DNA from: the human T2T-CHM13v2.0 reference genome, Homo sapiens | Reading direction: 5' to 3' (one strand) | Assembly (NCBI RefSeq): GCF_009914755.1 | Contig: NC_060932.1 | Length of the DNA stretch: 64,000 nucleotides | Part shown: positions 38,140 through 53,595 of the stretch, piece by piece | Position numbering within the stretch: position 1 is the first letter of the stretch | Layout of the letters: every line of letters begins with the position of its first letter | Notes under the pieces: model-generated | Databases searched by the model: none | Seen by the model: only the letters and a program-made list of their open reading frames with translations | What the model was told of the DNA's origin: nothing | Made by a program: the position numbers and the translations under genes

Positions 38140-38337
38140 GACCAAAAGAACTGTCTGTGGTGCTAGAAATAGTGTTATTTGTGCTATTATGCTAGCCATT
38201 AGCCACGTGTGACTACTGAATACCTGAAATGTGGCTAGTGTAACTAATGGAAAGATTTTCCATTTTATTTAATTTTAATTAGTTTAAATGTAGCCAGATG
38301 TAGCTAGTGGCTACCATATTGGAAAGAGCAAGTCTAG
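38140..38337. mobile_element. MER3/MER33-like hAT-Charlie DNA transposon remnant
   Basis: tagccattagccacgtgtg...gaaatgtggctagtg...gctagtggctaccatattgga. Confidence 0.7.
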
Positions 38338-39856
38338 AGAAAGAAATCAAATCTTTGGAAATAATGTTTTAAAGTGCTAATTCATAAAAAGCTGCTTGTC
38401 TTGTTTTCTTTACATTGATGTTAGTTTTGACACAAATATTGCCAGCAGTTTATAATGAAAACTTTATTAATGTAAACTTCTGGCAACTACAGACTTGGGA
38501 GTTGAAAGTGCAGGTTTCTAAAGTAGATCTCAAGCCCAGTATTAACAAGTGTATTTAAATGAATCTTATAAAATGTTATCCAGAACAAAACAAATTACTA
38601 TACATCTTATTTGAGTGATATTAATATATTCTTTCAAAAGTCATTATAGATATAACCTGATATTGGGTTAATAAATAACTAAAAGTTCAGCTAATGCATG
38701 GTCCATAGTCTACAGAGACATACAAATTCCTGGTAAAAATAGTAGTTTAAAAACTTATATCCTATTTCAAATAAGAAACAATTCCCATTACAAAAAAAAA
38801 AAAAACCTTTTGGAGGGCAAAATTTTCCTATATATATTTTTTATTTGTATTAGCTTTCCAGATCAATAAAGAATTAAATAAAAAGTTCTGCATGTTCTAA
38901 ATTAAGCATTTAATTACCTATATAATGTCTTATTTCAAAAATCAATTTTAAAGGAGATTTATCAAAATAATCGAAAAAAAATATTTCATTTGTATTCAGT
39001 AGTTTTATCTTTTGCCAGAACTCATATATTCTAACTGCATTCAGTAAGAAGACATTTTAAAAGTATTATATGGATCTGATATGCTTGATTTATTCAATAC
39101 TTTCTTCTCCATTTTGTTAATTATCTCTAAAAGCTATGCACATAATTTGAGGCAAAGCTATGTGTTTGCCTGACTTATGGTTAAAACATACAGAAACTAA
39201 CTTAAAATTCGGTACTAAATGATTCTCAGTAAAATGAGAAAATTTAGAAATTTTAACAAAAATCACAACTTTTAGAAATCATTAGAATTTACTGAGAGGG
39301 AAGAAATATTTCCTAGGCAAGGAGTAATATCTCCTTTAAGCAAATGTTCTATCACTCCATAAAAACAGGAAGTCAAAGTCTTTTTTTTTGAGTTCAAGCT
39401 TGAAATTTATATAGAAAATTTCATTTGTTCAGCTGGATCTTACTCATGTTGACAGTGAAGACATGCTGGATAGATTTCCTTCTAAATCTTCCCGTCTCAA
39501 GATCACCATTAAGGCTGAAGTAGAATGATCACTATCTACGAATGACCTAGCATGAGGAAAATAAATCCTCATCAATAGTTTTCACAATGTTGCACAATTA
39601 GTTTTATTATGCTATTTAGCTCTGATCTTCCTATAACAATATACACATATCATAATCTCTACAAGCCCTAGAAGGGTCCCTGTTGCATCATATAGCAGTG
39701 ATTCTCAACTGGGCTGTATTTCTTGGGGTCCCTTTAGAAATCTGTGGGGTCATGTTTTGTCTTCTAATATAGTCGTGTCCAATCTATTTACATAAGAACT
39801 ATAAATTATTTTATTGTAACTTACTGCTATTTTCCCTTTATATTATAGTTAGGGCA

Positions 39857-40168
<312 letters not shown>

Positions 40169-40598
40169 CTAGTTAGGGCGTTTTATATAGATTTTTGGGA
40201 ATGTACCTATACAGTTAGGTCATATTATCTATGAATTTCACTTCTGAAATGTCATAAGGATATGTCATAAGACATTCTTTATAAAAAGCGGGCACTGTAC
40301 CTGATAGAGTTAAGAACTACCAGACTGTAGGTAGAAAAAAGTAACCAGGACTTCTACATTTTACTCTTCTGGTTTGTCATTTCATTCCATAGCAGATATA
40401 ATCCACAGACAAAATTAAAAGGTTAGGAAAGAGGTTAATTATACTACACTTTTGATTCTAGTTCATTTTGTCAGTAGGTAGACTGCATTACTTCCTCTAG
40501 TTTTGGGACTTAGGAAGCCAGTATCTATTTTCTTATCAATTTATATTTAAAATATCTAACACTATACCAGGCAGACAATGAAACATTCAGCAAAATTT

Positions 40599-40606
<8 letters not shown>

Positions 40607-40638
<32 letters not shown>
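40607..40638. repeat. (TA)16 microsatellite at an Alu tail
   Basis: Direct reading. Confidence 0.95.
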
Positions 40639-40645
<7 letters not shown>

Positions 40646-40937
40646 TATTTATTTTTGAGACAGAGTTTCACTCTGTCTCCAGGCTGGAGTGCAGTGGCGT
40701 GATCTCGGCTCACTGCAACCTCCGCCTCCCGCGTTCAAGCAATTCTCCTTGCCTCAGCCTCCCAAGTAGCTAGGGCTACAAGGCATGCGCCACTCCGCCC
40801 AGCTAATTTTTGTATTTTTAATAGAGACAGGGTTTCACCATGTTGGCCAAGATGGTCTCGATCTCCTGTCCTCGTGATCTGCCTGCCTCGGCATCCCAAA
40901 GTATTGGGATTACAGCAGTGAGCCACTGTGCCCAGCC
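40639..40937 (-). mobile_element. Alu (AluSc-like)
   Basis: Full dimer. Confidence 0.92.
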
Positions 40938-41391
40938 TATAATTATATTTAAGCCAGAAAAAGACAAGATAATTTTATAATAATGCAATGAAGTTAAGAA
41001 TTTTAAAAGTATGTCAGAATTTTACACAGGTAGGAACAATTAATTAAATGTCACTACCATATGAATGATTTATAATTTTCTCTATTTGATAGATTTTATA
41101 GCTACCATAATTCCACACTGTTTATATGAGTTTTAAGTCACCTTTGATCAGAACACTCATGAGTCAGGTTTTCAATTTAAACCTAAAAAAATTAAAAGCT
41201 GTATCTGCTTCCTTCCAATGACACCTACCTTACCCTACCAAAAAAGGGAGATGGGGAAGTCCACAGGCTAAATTGCAAGAAAAGACATGAGAAAAACTTC
41301 AGGCAAAGTAAACACTGCAAAGTTTGTCTGTGTATTTCAGCAGGGATGGAAGAGAAAACATAAAATGCCCTGTTGGTCTATTTTAACTCAC

Positions 41392-41563
41392 CACTCAGAA
41401 TCTGCTGCACTGCTTCATTGCCCATCTGTGCTGCTGTGAAGCCTTGTAAGGAGATGATGGAGGGGTCAGAGCCGTAACTCAGCAGGAGGCGGCAGGTCTG
41501 CAGGTGGCCTGCTAGGGCGGCTCTATGCAAAGCAGTCTGACCAAGGGTGTCCAGTGCATTCAT
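41392..41563 (-). CDS. TNKS: TNKS coding exon (~exon 12)
   Basis: 172 nt, ttcag|...|gtgagt; [57 protein letters not shown]. Confidence 0.97.
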
Positions 41564-44500
41564 CTGAAAAATCATTGCGTGGGCACATGGAATTGAGCAT
41601 CTTGTTTAGTTTCCTTTTATACCTTAGAAAATACATTCTTATTAAAAAAAAAATCAACTTTCAAAGCTTTTAAAAAGTCTCATAGATATTGATTATAAAC
41701 TTTTGCTCACTGATTCTGAAGAACTATCTTCTTTTTAGTTACCCTTCTCTGATCACCTTACTGAAAATTACAACATACCCTTTCTTCCCGGAATGACCAT
41801 TTTCCTGACCATTTCCCATTTCTGCTACTCCCTTCGACGACTAGACTGGTCTATGGAGGCAGCAACTCTGGTCTGGTATTTACTGCTTGCCACAATGAGG
41901 ATGCTCACCAAATTCTTCTGAATGAATGGATTTTTACCAAACTTTTCCCCAGAATATAAAGACAACAGCATATGTAAGCAAAGACTGTCAAAGTAGTTGA
42001 TTATATTTCTTTTCTAATTTAGGTAATATAGCTAATTATAATATCTTAATTGAATTACAAGCATATTTAAGCAAAAAAAAGATTTGAGGATTCAAACATT
42101 CCTTTTTAAAGCTTTGAAGAGTTATTATACACAGGAAGAAGAATCATTTAGCTAGTTGTGAGACTGCTTAAGACAATGTGAAACACTGGCATCATGTTCT
42201 TAATCTGGTCAAACCTGACTCATCTTATCTTCCAGCAGATCCCAATCAGCACCCTCTACTCCAGTCAGACCCAAGTCCACGTTCATTGTGCTTGCTGCTC
42301 TTTTCAGAGAAACCCTTCTTTCTGCCTTTATGGCTCCTGAGATCCAGTGTAAATAAGTCTCCTCATCTCCAAGAAGTCTTCCTTGATTTCTTGAAGACTT
42401 TGATTACTCCTTTTCTGAACATCTATGTCAATTTAGCACTTAACTGTCTTATAAAATATAATACTGGGGTAATTTTTGTTTATTGAGTTAAACTAAGGTT
42501 ATTGAGAATATGAGTGCATGTTACACACAGACTTTCTGGGTCCTCTAGAAAGCTCCTGCTAAAGGTACACAGTAAATTCTCAATTATATGCTGGTTGATT
42601 ATTGAAAATATTTGTGTACACCCACTAAATACAAGATTAAGAAAAGAAAGGATAAAAGACAACTAGTCTCCCTGTCGCCAGTCTTTTATCATTACCAGTA
42701 AGGCTGTTGTACTTACTCAGGAAAGGGTTCATACAAATTCTTGATGGTCTTTCACAAAACTCCCATGAAATAGTAACATATTTAACTCTATCACATTTGC
42801 CAGAAGAAAAATGACTGCTGATACATACCAACAAAAAAGCACAGCCATTAGCATGTATCAATGGATAACACAAGCTACCAAACTAACTTGAATTTTGATT
42901 TCTTTGTTACTTCTTCAGCACAAAAGAAAAATCTAAAATTGTGAACATTCTAATCATTAACATTTTTCTGGAAACTGGGTAAGAAACATACTAACTTATT
43001 CTATTATAGTAATGGGAACTCCCAATCCAACTTATTGAAGCATGGGAACATGATTTGATGTCACTAAAAAATACTTAACATTCAGCACTAAAGTGATTAT
43101 TTTCACCAGGTTACAGAAACTGTCTCAAATAAAGAGACTCCTACATTTAATGTTACCCCTCAACTGTGGTAATTAAATGCTTAAGACTGGCTTGACCTAT
43201 CCATTCAGGAGTCAGAATAATAGATGTCTGGCAGTTTTAGAGGTAAAACATATTCCCACTTTTCCTTGTATCTAGAGATTGCAACCTTAGTGTACGTATT
43301 TTCATTTCTACCTGAGTAGCAAAAATGACTTTACAGAAGATGAATAACTCAGTAAAACTATATAAAATCACAATGACACTTGGCCCGAAATATTTAGGAC
43401 ATGAAATTATGATTCAAAAAATGCCAAAACAGTTCTGGAAACCGGCAAGCAGACCACAAGGAAATGGCTGAGGGGAATCCTTCAATATTCTACTCAGTGT
43501 GAACAGCCTAGTCTCAGACAGCTAATCCTGAGGCCACTTCTCCTAAACTTAAAGCTATCATTGTCTACATCACTCATTTGGTAATTAATCACAAACTGTT
43601 CTGTGACATCCGTACTTAACACCTTTAACTGTGAACATGTGTTTGCCTCAACCTAAAAGCTGATTTCAAGTAAGCCGAGAGTTGAAAACAGTCTGTACTC
43701 TTTAGCTAGAGTGACACTGCATATTTTTTCTCAAACCATAACAAATTGAAAGTCAACAATTAAAAAAATTAACAGGCATTAATATATCTATGATAGAAGA
43801 ACAAATGATAGGTTCTCCAAGTATTATGAGAACAAAGTTTAAACTCTCCAATTGACAATACAAAGATCTTGCTTTTCATTGTTTCCATTTTCTGTACCTT
43901 TTGGACTAACTAATCATAACTTCTGACTGTTTAACAAACAAACCCCTTTACTTCCCTGATTTTCAGTCCTTACTGAAAATGTATTGTTTGTATTTTGCCT
44001 GTATATATCTATATATTTGATTCCTGAACATTCCTAGCTGAAATTCTATTTTCTTCATGAGATTTCTCCAATCTCTTCCCCAGGCTGCCACCACCAACAG
44101 AAATAACTGTTTATTCCTCAGAATATAAATCCATCTATACTTCTCTTATTATATATACTACTTTCCAGTTCATATAGTAGTCAAGTAGACTGTGTTAGAC
44201 AATTAGATTTTAAGTTCCTTAAGAGAAGGATCTTGATCAAATTCAAACTTTATACATCCTCTCAGCAGTAAGTACCATGCCTTGTATAAACAGATATTTG
44301 AAAATGGTTGGTAAGTGAATGACTCACAAGAGCAACAAACTAATAAATTCTGGTGATAAAAAATACTACTTTTGACATACTGTTCTGTATATTGAACAAA
44401 CATTAGGAACTACTAAAATGTTCGCTATCTAACCAAAATGCATTCCTCTTTCCCTGGAAATTGAGGGAGAAGGGTAAATGCCAGTGTTTATAGAATTGCT

Positions 44501-44835
44501 TAATATTGAAAATGAATTTGCTTTATCTGTAATCAAAATATAATTTAAATTGATTCTAATGTTTTTACAGGTGTTTTACAAGTATTCATCATTATCCTTG
44601 GTGGTATGCATAGTTAAAGCACTTCCTATGAGGAATGAAAGAGACAAATGAACACAATTTTTCAATAGAATACTGACATAGTAATCAATATTTTACTTGA
44701 AATGTTTTTTAATCCTTTAATGTGTTGTGAACTCACTACAGAGTACGGAACTGGATTTCTATTTGCTAGCTGAACTTGAGTGTGCTATCTGTAAAGATTC
44801 CTGTGGAAATTTAAAAGAAACAATCAAATTCCCTG

Positions 44836-44838
<3 letters not shown>

Positions 44839-44896
<58 letters not shown>
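44839..44896. repeat. (AT)29 microsatellite
   Basis: Direct reading, uninterrupted. Confidence 0.97.
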
Positions 44897-44900
<4 letters not shown>

Positions 44901-47900
44901 ATACAACAGATTATCTTTGGTGGTTTCAAGGGGTACTAATCTTGCTCACGTGCCTTAAGAAATAACAAACTGAGCAAAAGTGATTATAGACTAGAGGGTG
45001 CCAATCCAATGAATGCTCGTACTCAACAAGCGAGTCTTATTTATAATTCTCCCTTTTTCATCCCAGAGACGGGACAGACCCTATCAGCTGCAGGTGGTAT
45101 ACTTCTAAGCCAAGGACACATAAAGTATGGGTTGTAAAAGACCACATTTAGGCCATAGAGAAATAATACAGAAAAATCCAGTCTGCAGAAAGAAGAATGA
45201 AGCAGATGAACAAACACTGGCAGAGAAAAGAAACCTCAGAGAAAGAGAAAGAGAGAGAAAGACAGGGAGCGACGGAGACACAGAAGAGGGGAAAGAGGGA
45301 AGCAGGGAGGGAGAGACATAGAGAACGGCAGCCAAAGTACCTGATAGTTTCTAAATTCCTTGTTCTGGTCTTTTGTGAATCTCAGCTACAATTCTTACAC
45401 ATATTTCTGGGAGATAACCATACGGGTTTCTCACAGAAGTAATAAACACATTTGCATTAATATACATTTATATTAGTATAAAATATATTTCCATTTGTGT
45501 TTAATCTAGATTGAGTTGGTTTCTTACTGAGAACTAAAATGTCTCTGGGACACTTGCCCCTTTGGACTTTATTTTGGTATGATCAAACCTCAGATATTAT
45601 TTACACTGTAAAAGATACTTTAGAGCTATAGTATCTTTAAAAGTACTTTAACATCTTTGCGCTAACAATCTACTTATCAATCTACCTCTAGAAAAGCATT
45701 AATAAAACTCTTATAATGGGCTGACACATTTCCCCAAGTGAGCAAAGACTCGTGATCGCTTCTAAATGTGAGAAATAAGCCTATTAAATGTCAATTATTA
45801 TGTCACAATATCTTCTTAAACACAATGTAAATAAATCTGTCAAATTAAGACATATGAATATGAACTGTCAAAAAAATTCCTTCATGTTTCACGTATTTAA
45901 CAGATGCACATAATGACAAAATAGCTATGCTTTATATATGAAGAAATGCATTTATGAATTAAACTTCTTGAATACCATATGCAGTTGGGGCGTAAGTTTT
46001 CTTAATAATGAGAGCAGACAATTCATTACTGACAGAATGCAGAATGCCAGGGCAGACTAACCATAATAAAGAAAAAATTGCCACATGAAGGATAAAGTCT
46101 TCATGTCTTTCCTATTTAGACTTTATAGTACTCCCAAAAAGCAGGGGATAATAAATTATTGATTTTTTTTAAGGAACAAAAGTTTACTCCTAGTTAATGA
46201 GGATTTTTCAAATGAATTGGGTAATGCTCCAATGTTCTTGTAACTCTCCTTACTAGCAATTTGTTTTCTAATCTTTTGCTGAATATTGCCCTTATTCCCC
46301 TCTAGAGCCACAGCCATCCTCCACTTTGCTCTGGGTCCTGAGAAAATCACTTGTATGAACCACATCAACAGACTCTTTTGGTCTTCACTGTTTTGTTGAA
46401 TTTGGTCACGGGCACTGGGAGGAGATGGGGGGTACTGGGAGGAGATAGAGGACAGCAGGACAATGAAGAGTAACATTAGATACATCCTTTGATCAAAGGC
46501 TACAGGTGGTACCAGGTGGCCTTTTCCATACAGCTACCATCTTCCAGCACCAAGAACCTCTCCTTTGCCTTGTCCCTTCAGACCAGAGATGATCATACCC
46601 CCTCCTCTGCTGCTAGTACAACCTCTTTCCTTGCTACTTTCCTTGAACCTTGCCCACGTTTCTATACAGTTCCTTTATTAAACTTTCATCAAATTACCCA
46701 CTTTAAGTGTGCCATTTATTGCGAAGACCCTAACTGAGATATATCTCTGCTTCTATCTCCTTAGAATCTCTCCTTCAAAAACTACCAAAGCCCTCATACA
46801 AAAACGGTCTAAGTAATGCCCCAGTCTGCCTTGATTTCTCTCAGTGGCACTGGTCACCTGCTCCTTCTTCATACTCCTCCTGTACTCTGTAGACACTGTG
46901 ATAGAACTTCCAGCTTTCTCTTCCCACCACCGCTCTATAAACATGGGCAATCCTCAAAGGATCTTTCCTTAACTCCCTTCTTTCCATGCTTTCTCTACCA
47001 GGGACCGTACTTGCTCCTAAAATGTAGAATCACTATGTGAATTCTCAGTAGATCTTTCTAATCTTAAACTCTTTTATACTCTGATGCTGTCTTTCCAACT
47101 GCTGGTTTTATTAAATGTCTTTCTGTAATATCAACTTCAAGTAGAAAATCATTATCAAGGCGTAGGAAACCAGTGTTTCTCTGTAGCTTTCTTACTTCCA
47201 TTAATTGCACCACCATTTTCTAAGTCCACTCTAACACCCAATTCATTTCCAGGTAATATAATTACTCCTTCATAAGTGGCTTTTATCTTCCTCTTCCTTC
47301 TTCATTACTAATGCTGCTAAATTGATTCAGGACTGAGGTCAAGTTTGGTAACTGCATTAACTTTCAAACTGGTATTTTCCACAGTATCTACTACAGTCTT
47401 GATTATTTTGCATGCCAATATTTATGGAGTTAGTGGATCAAACCCAATTATAAAGGGATTAGATATGTGTCTTATAAAATTTAGATAATTAAAGGGAAAT
47501 ACATAGTACATACACATTTGAAAAGACAAATGTGGGAAAAAAGGCTCATATTCACAAATAACCAAAACATTATCTGTGTGTTAAGCACTATACTACATAT
47601 TTATATACATATGCTCATTTGATTAAAAAAAAAAAAGCCTGTAGGGCGGTTGCTTCACATATCACTGATTAGTCAACTGAGACTCAGGGAAATTTAGCCC
47701 AAGGTCACAAAACTAGAAAGTGGAGGATTCTAAACTCAAAAGCATGCCTGTCTAGGTTATATATGGCGTACATTTAGTTTAACATTAACAGCAAACCTCA
47801 AGTTTGTATGTATTACCAGGTTTTGGGCAAAAGAATGTTTTGGCTTATAAAAATATCACTAAGTTCTGTCAAAGTAAGGCAAATTACTTAATGATAATTA

Positions 47901-49067
47901 GGTCTTCATCCCAAATTCTTCTGCCTTTGCCTGAGAAATTGATTCATCAAGAGTAGGGGAAGGCAGCAGGGTGCTAGAAGCAGTGGAAGAGGGCTGAATC
48001 CTAATTAAAAACTGGTGCTGCTTGTTCAGAAGGTGTGTTCAGAATCAAATGGAAACCATGAGTTGCCTGAAAATCATACAGAAACCATGAGTTCCTCAGA
48101 AAGAAATACTACACAAGAAAAAATGGGAGCCCAACAATAGCTAAGTGAGTTTCTTACAGGGAGTTTTTTACAACACATTAATCACCAGATACACCAACCA
48201 TGAGGAACAGCATCCTGCCTTGGGATGGGGTAAATAGGAGTTGCTACGGCATTTGATATCTACTGATAGCAATTGATATCTATGGGTTCATAACTCTGAT
48301 TAAATATAACTCTCCTCTTTTTTAAGTGCCTACTAGCAAGCGTTATCAATGTAGATGAACTACAGTGGAAAGACTAGGATGAACACAAAAGTCTAGAAGT
48401 TCTTCTAAGTCATTGACAGGGCTAGTAATGAACTAAGATGTTACTGATGAAAATGTATTGTGCACATAAAGGGCAAATAAAGAGTGAGAACCACAGACCT
48501 AGAGAAAGGCTGACTAGAACAAGTCATAATGTTATTTTCCATTGAACCTTTATAAACTAAAATGCCTGATGGGAGACAATAAATAGATACTATTTTCCCA
48601 AAATGAAGGGCATTATTCCTAATTTTTCAAGAGCATTATAAATGTCATTAGATATTTGCAAAAACGGGTCAAAGATAAATGTACAAAGCTCCTAAGTGTA
48701 GCAGAAATGTCACTTAGCTTAGTGTTTTCTGCTTGAAAGAGCAACAAGATGCTACTTATATAATAATGCAGTAGTTGTACCTACAAAATAGGTAATACAT
48801 CTGTAGAACTCTGTTCCCTTTTATTCCACTTTGTCTTCATTTCATAAATTAAAAACATAAAGTGCCATTTTAAGGCAGTGATATCCAAATTTTTAAATCA
48901 CACACCCTCCAGGTAGAAAAGTTTTGAGAACACTTAATATATATATATGAATTTCTTTGTAAATTATAACCAAGAAGTGCTACACTATTATAAAACTTAC
49001 ACAAAGAGAATTTATGAAGGATGAGAAAGAGATGAAATAATTAAAAATTTAAAAAGATTTCATGATT

Positions 49068-49358
<291 letters not shown>

Positions 49359-49472
49359 AAAACATATTTTAATTACTTATGCTAGAAAATATCCATTGAC
49401 TGTAGTTTAAACATTTAAAAAAACTTATAAAAATTGTGATATTAGGAATTTGAGGGTTTAATTTTAGGTTCA

Positions 49473-49775
49473 TTTCATTTTTCTTTAGAGACAGAGTCTT
49501 GCTCTGTTGCCCAGGCTGCAGTACAGTGGTATGATCATACCTCACTGCAGCCTCAAACTCCTGGGATCAAGTGATCTTCCTGCCTCAGCCTCCCGAGTCG
49601 CTAGGACTATAGGTGCACACCACCACGACTGGCTAATTTTTAAATTTTTTGTAGAGATAGTGTCTTGCTGTGTTGCCCAGGCTGGTGTCGAACTCCTGGC
49701 CTCAAGCAATCCTTCTGCCTTTGCCTCCTAAAGCTCTGGGATTACAGGAGTGATTACGGGCCACTACACGTGGCT
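49473..49775 (-). mobile_element. Alu (AluJ)
   Basis: Diverged dimer. Confidence 0.87.
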
Positions 49776-51030
49776 CTAAGTTCATTTTTGATAATTAGTT
49801 TGAATGGCTATATTAGTTGCAAAGATTTCATACAGATTCATGGAGCCAATGAAATAAATGCATTGTTAACTATGCCTACTCAATCAGAATGCCTAATTTT
49901 AATGTAATTTACTAATTATGCTAAGGCTTTCATTGAAATTCTGTAGTAAAATTCCATCTTTACTGATGTTCTTGCGAAGTTATTAGGAAGTGCTGCATTA
50001 CAATGTTTTGAATAGATTCAAAATCTACCCTAAAACCAAATTAAGGAAGGCTTTTGAACAGGTGAGAAAATTCTGTTTTTATGTGTTTAAATTATGTAGA
50101 TATGACGGCTGGGTGATTCATTTATATCATTTTTCAGCAAAATCACAGAAAAGTGAACATTTTCTAAAAATCTATGTTCAAAACGTTCTCTTCATTTTTT
50201 AAAGTTTCTTTTAAAAAAGCAGTTATTTTATCATTTACCTAAAGTGTGTAACTTTTACCTTTAAGGATCTGATTATGTTTCCTTTTTAAAGGGTATCTAC
50301 ATGCAAGTCATGGTCATTTGTCCTCAGAGAACTATTAACAAATTTTGAACCCTTTTATTTTCATTAAAAAGAACACAACTATGACAACACCTTAAAATAC
50401 TACTTCACAAAATAACCAGACCACCTTTTTACGCTATAAAAGCATGTCAGGGTCACTCCCTGTGTCCCTTGTCAGGGTCACTACTCTGATCAAGTATGAT
50501 ATTTATAAAAGTTCTACCATTTAGGATAATATCCATAAATTCAACTCATTTGGACACAAGTAAAGTCCACTATGCCAAAATATGCTGAAAGGGAACAAAC
50601 AAGTGAGTTTGCCACTGTCAATCCCTCGATACTAACAAGTCCCACTCTTACCTCAGGAAACCTTGACATCACGAGTCACAATGGCTGACACGTGGACCTA
50701 GTGAGAGTGCTGGCATCATCTTTGTATTCAATATTGGTAAATCTGAATTTCCTTATTCTTAAATAAAAGTATTATAAATTGAAATGCTAGGATTTTTCCA
50801 ACAGGGCATCTTGTATGCTCCATAGGGAGTCTATACCCTACTTTGGAGACAACTGCTTTGAAATATACATTCTTGAGAATGAAAAAATCTATAATTTCAA
50901 GTCACCTCTAAAAAACAACCAGTTTGCTTCTTTCCTCTCTTAAGTGCTTGACAAAGTTTCAGACTACACCATTCAGAAAATGCCAGTAAAAATTATTAAA
51001 TATGTCATATTTCTTTAGTGTAGAGGTTGA

Positions 51031-51352
<322 letters not shown>

Positions 51353-51746
51353 ACAAATGTTTTTTAGAATAAGTAGAGCTATTCTGATGCTATCATTTAA
51401 CATAATTTATTTTCTGATAAACTGTTATTCAAATGGACACTATCAAAATATATCCGTATAGTATTAACTGAAAATAATGTAAAGATGAAATCTATTTCAA
51501 ATGACTATAGCTATATTTTGTTGCTTTACAGAAGGGTGACATTAAAGGATCAAGAAACACGGGTAATTATTTTTATTAGAAACAAGATCTAAATCAGCTT
51601 TATAGGAGAATCCATGAATTTAAGTACGAACTAATAGTCCTTTATAAAATTAGTTTCTTCAGAAAAATCGGAGAGAGAGAAGCAGTGTTAAGAGCAGCTG
51701 GCTGCTCAGTGCTGAGTCTGGCACTCTGCTCAGGTGTGTGCCTCAC

Positions 51747-51825
51747 CTTGGCGCCATGCTTATGCAGAACTTCCATGACATCATTATGGGCTCTTTCGGC
51801 TGCAACATGCAGGGGAGTCATGAAA
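51747..51825 (-). CDS. TNKS: TNKS coding exon (~exon 11)
   Basis: 79 nt, tgtag|...|gtgagg; [26 protein letters not shown]. Confidence 0.96.
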
Positions 51826-51920
51826 CTACAGAAAAGAGGAAAGAAAGAAAAGGTAATTGTCTCTCTTTTATTGCATTTCCTCTTTAGGAACTGAACAACT
51901 CCTTCTGCAATTATACTTAC

Positions 51921-52012
51921 TCTTTATTTTTTTCATTAACATTTGCTCCTTTTCTAAGTAACAATTCTGTCACTTGTTTACGTTTGGGATGCAGAGAGGC
52001 CACAGCACAGTG
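51921..52012 (-). CDS. TNKS: TNKS coding exon (~exon 10)
   Basis: 92 nt, tatag|...|gtaagt; [30 protein letters not shown]; followed by a 95-nt intron. Confidence 0.96.
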
Positions 52013-53473
52013 CTATAAAGTAAACAAAACCAAGTTAATAAAATACACTTCCATATGTACAGTAGCTCTTGGAATTGAACAGTATCTGCTGACCATTTAA
52101 AACATTGTTATCTCAGAGTATCAGAACATATGTATATGTTTTATATCACAGAGATGATCCATATTCTTTCTACGTATAGTGGAAATACAAAACGTAAGCG
52201 TTTAAACCAAGGTGAAATTATGCTCTTAAACATTAAGAGAGATCTTATTTCTTTTGGCTTAGCCAATCAATAAATATTCACTATATATTCCATGGAGAGC
52301 ATCATAATACGTATGCCTCTGCAACGCTACAGAAATCTATAACTAAGTTACTCAATCTTTCATTAGGCCATCAGCCACACAAGTCAGTATTTCTAAGCTC
52401 TTCTACAGAGGTACTCCCAGCACTACAGGAGACGTTTATATGCCCAAGGATAAGCAAGAAAATGATAGAACTGAAGCAGTTTAGAGAAAAATATTCTCAG
52501 AAATTTTAGGTTTTAACATAATATTTATACAACTTTTTTATTCTGCTTCATTTTAATATTCGTATTAAAATTTAAAAATAAAAAACTACTTTCAACTAAA
52601 TAAAATGAAAACTCCAAAAAAGTGGGTCAGGTTTATTCTGTGGCTATGAATATCTCCTAGCATAACACCGTGTAGCTTGAATCTATCTCAACCCTAGTTT
52701 GAGAGACATGTATTTAAGTGTACATATAGTTAGCCTATTTCAGTTTGGTCAATCCTTTAATGTTGTTTTATGCAGATACTGACAAAGGTTTGATCTTTTG
52801 TGTCAAATATACGTAAGAATATTAATTAGGTATATTTAAGGTCTGTGATGCAGGCATCACATATGCTTAAATTCTGAATTTAGGAGCGATCACTAACCAC
52901 TCTCTAGCTGAGCCTTAATGTGTCAATGACAAAGAAAATAAATAAATCTTTCCGAAAGTGCATTTGAAGAAAAAAAGTGGATAGTTTTAAGAATAATTTG
53001 TATAGTATCAAACAAAAAATTCATGATCTTGCCATTTTTCTACCATGAATATAATCAGTTCTTTGAATACAATTGCTCAAAAAGATAATGCAAATATCTA
53101 AAAATATACTTTAATCTTCTACAGAAGGAAATCTAGTATTTATCTAGCAAACATAAGAAAAAAAAATTCTATTGAAAAATCATATCTTGTAGTTTATGAA
53201 AGCACTGGCCACAAAAGTGGATTTGTTATAATGAGGTGGGGAAGACAAAGGTAAAATAATTTCCAAATTGAGGTTGAGCAAATGTCAATTCTCTCACCCA
53301 TGAAAAGAATCACCCCCCAAACTAAGTTTAAAAATCAATGCAACCAAAATTAACATGCAAATTCCTGGCATTTCAGATACTAAAGTTACTTTAAGGTTTC
53401 TGAAATGAAAATCATATTTTGTGCTTACGTTATTATTATAGACACAGGGAATAGATTAACAATAAAATCTTAC

Positions 53474-53595
53474 CAGTGCTGTTTCATGAGACTGCGGTTG
53501 TTTGAAATTAATGATTTCCAGAGCGAGTGTTTTTTTAACTTTAGCTAAGTCTGCTTCTCTGGCTGCTTGTAGTAAAGAATGACCTTTAAATTCAT
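53474..53595 (-). CDS. TNKS: TNKS coding exon (~exon 9)
   Basis: 122 nt, gacag|...|gtaaga; [41 protein letters not shown]. Confidence 0.96.

Noticed and set aside
45105-45442. Overlapping charged, low-complexity ORFs
   Set aside because: Products of a GA-rich simple-sequence tract, with no splice or homology support.
50445-50482. TGTCAGGGTCACT twice, containing GGGTCA nuclear-receptor half-sites
   Set aside because: The half-sites are 19 nt apart, which is not a standard response-element spacing; more likely a small local duplication.
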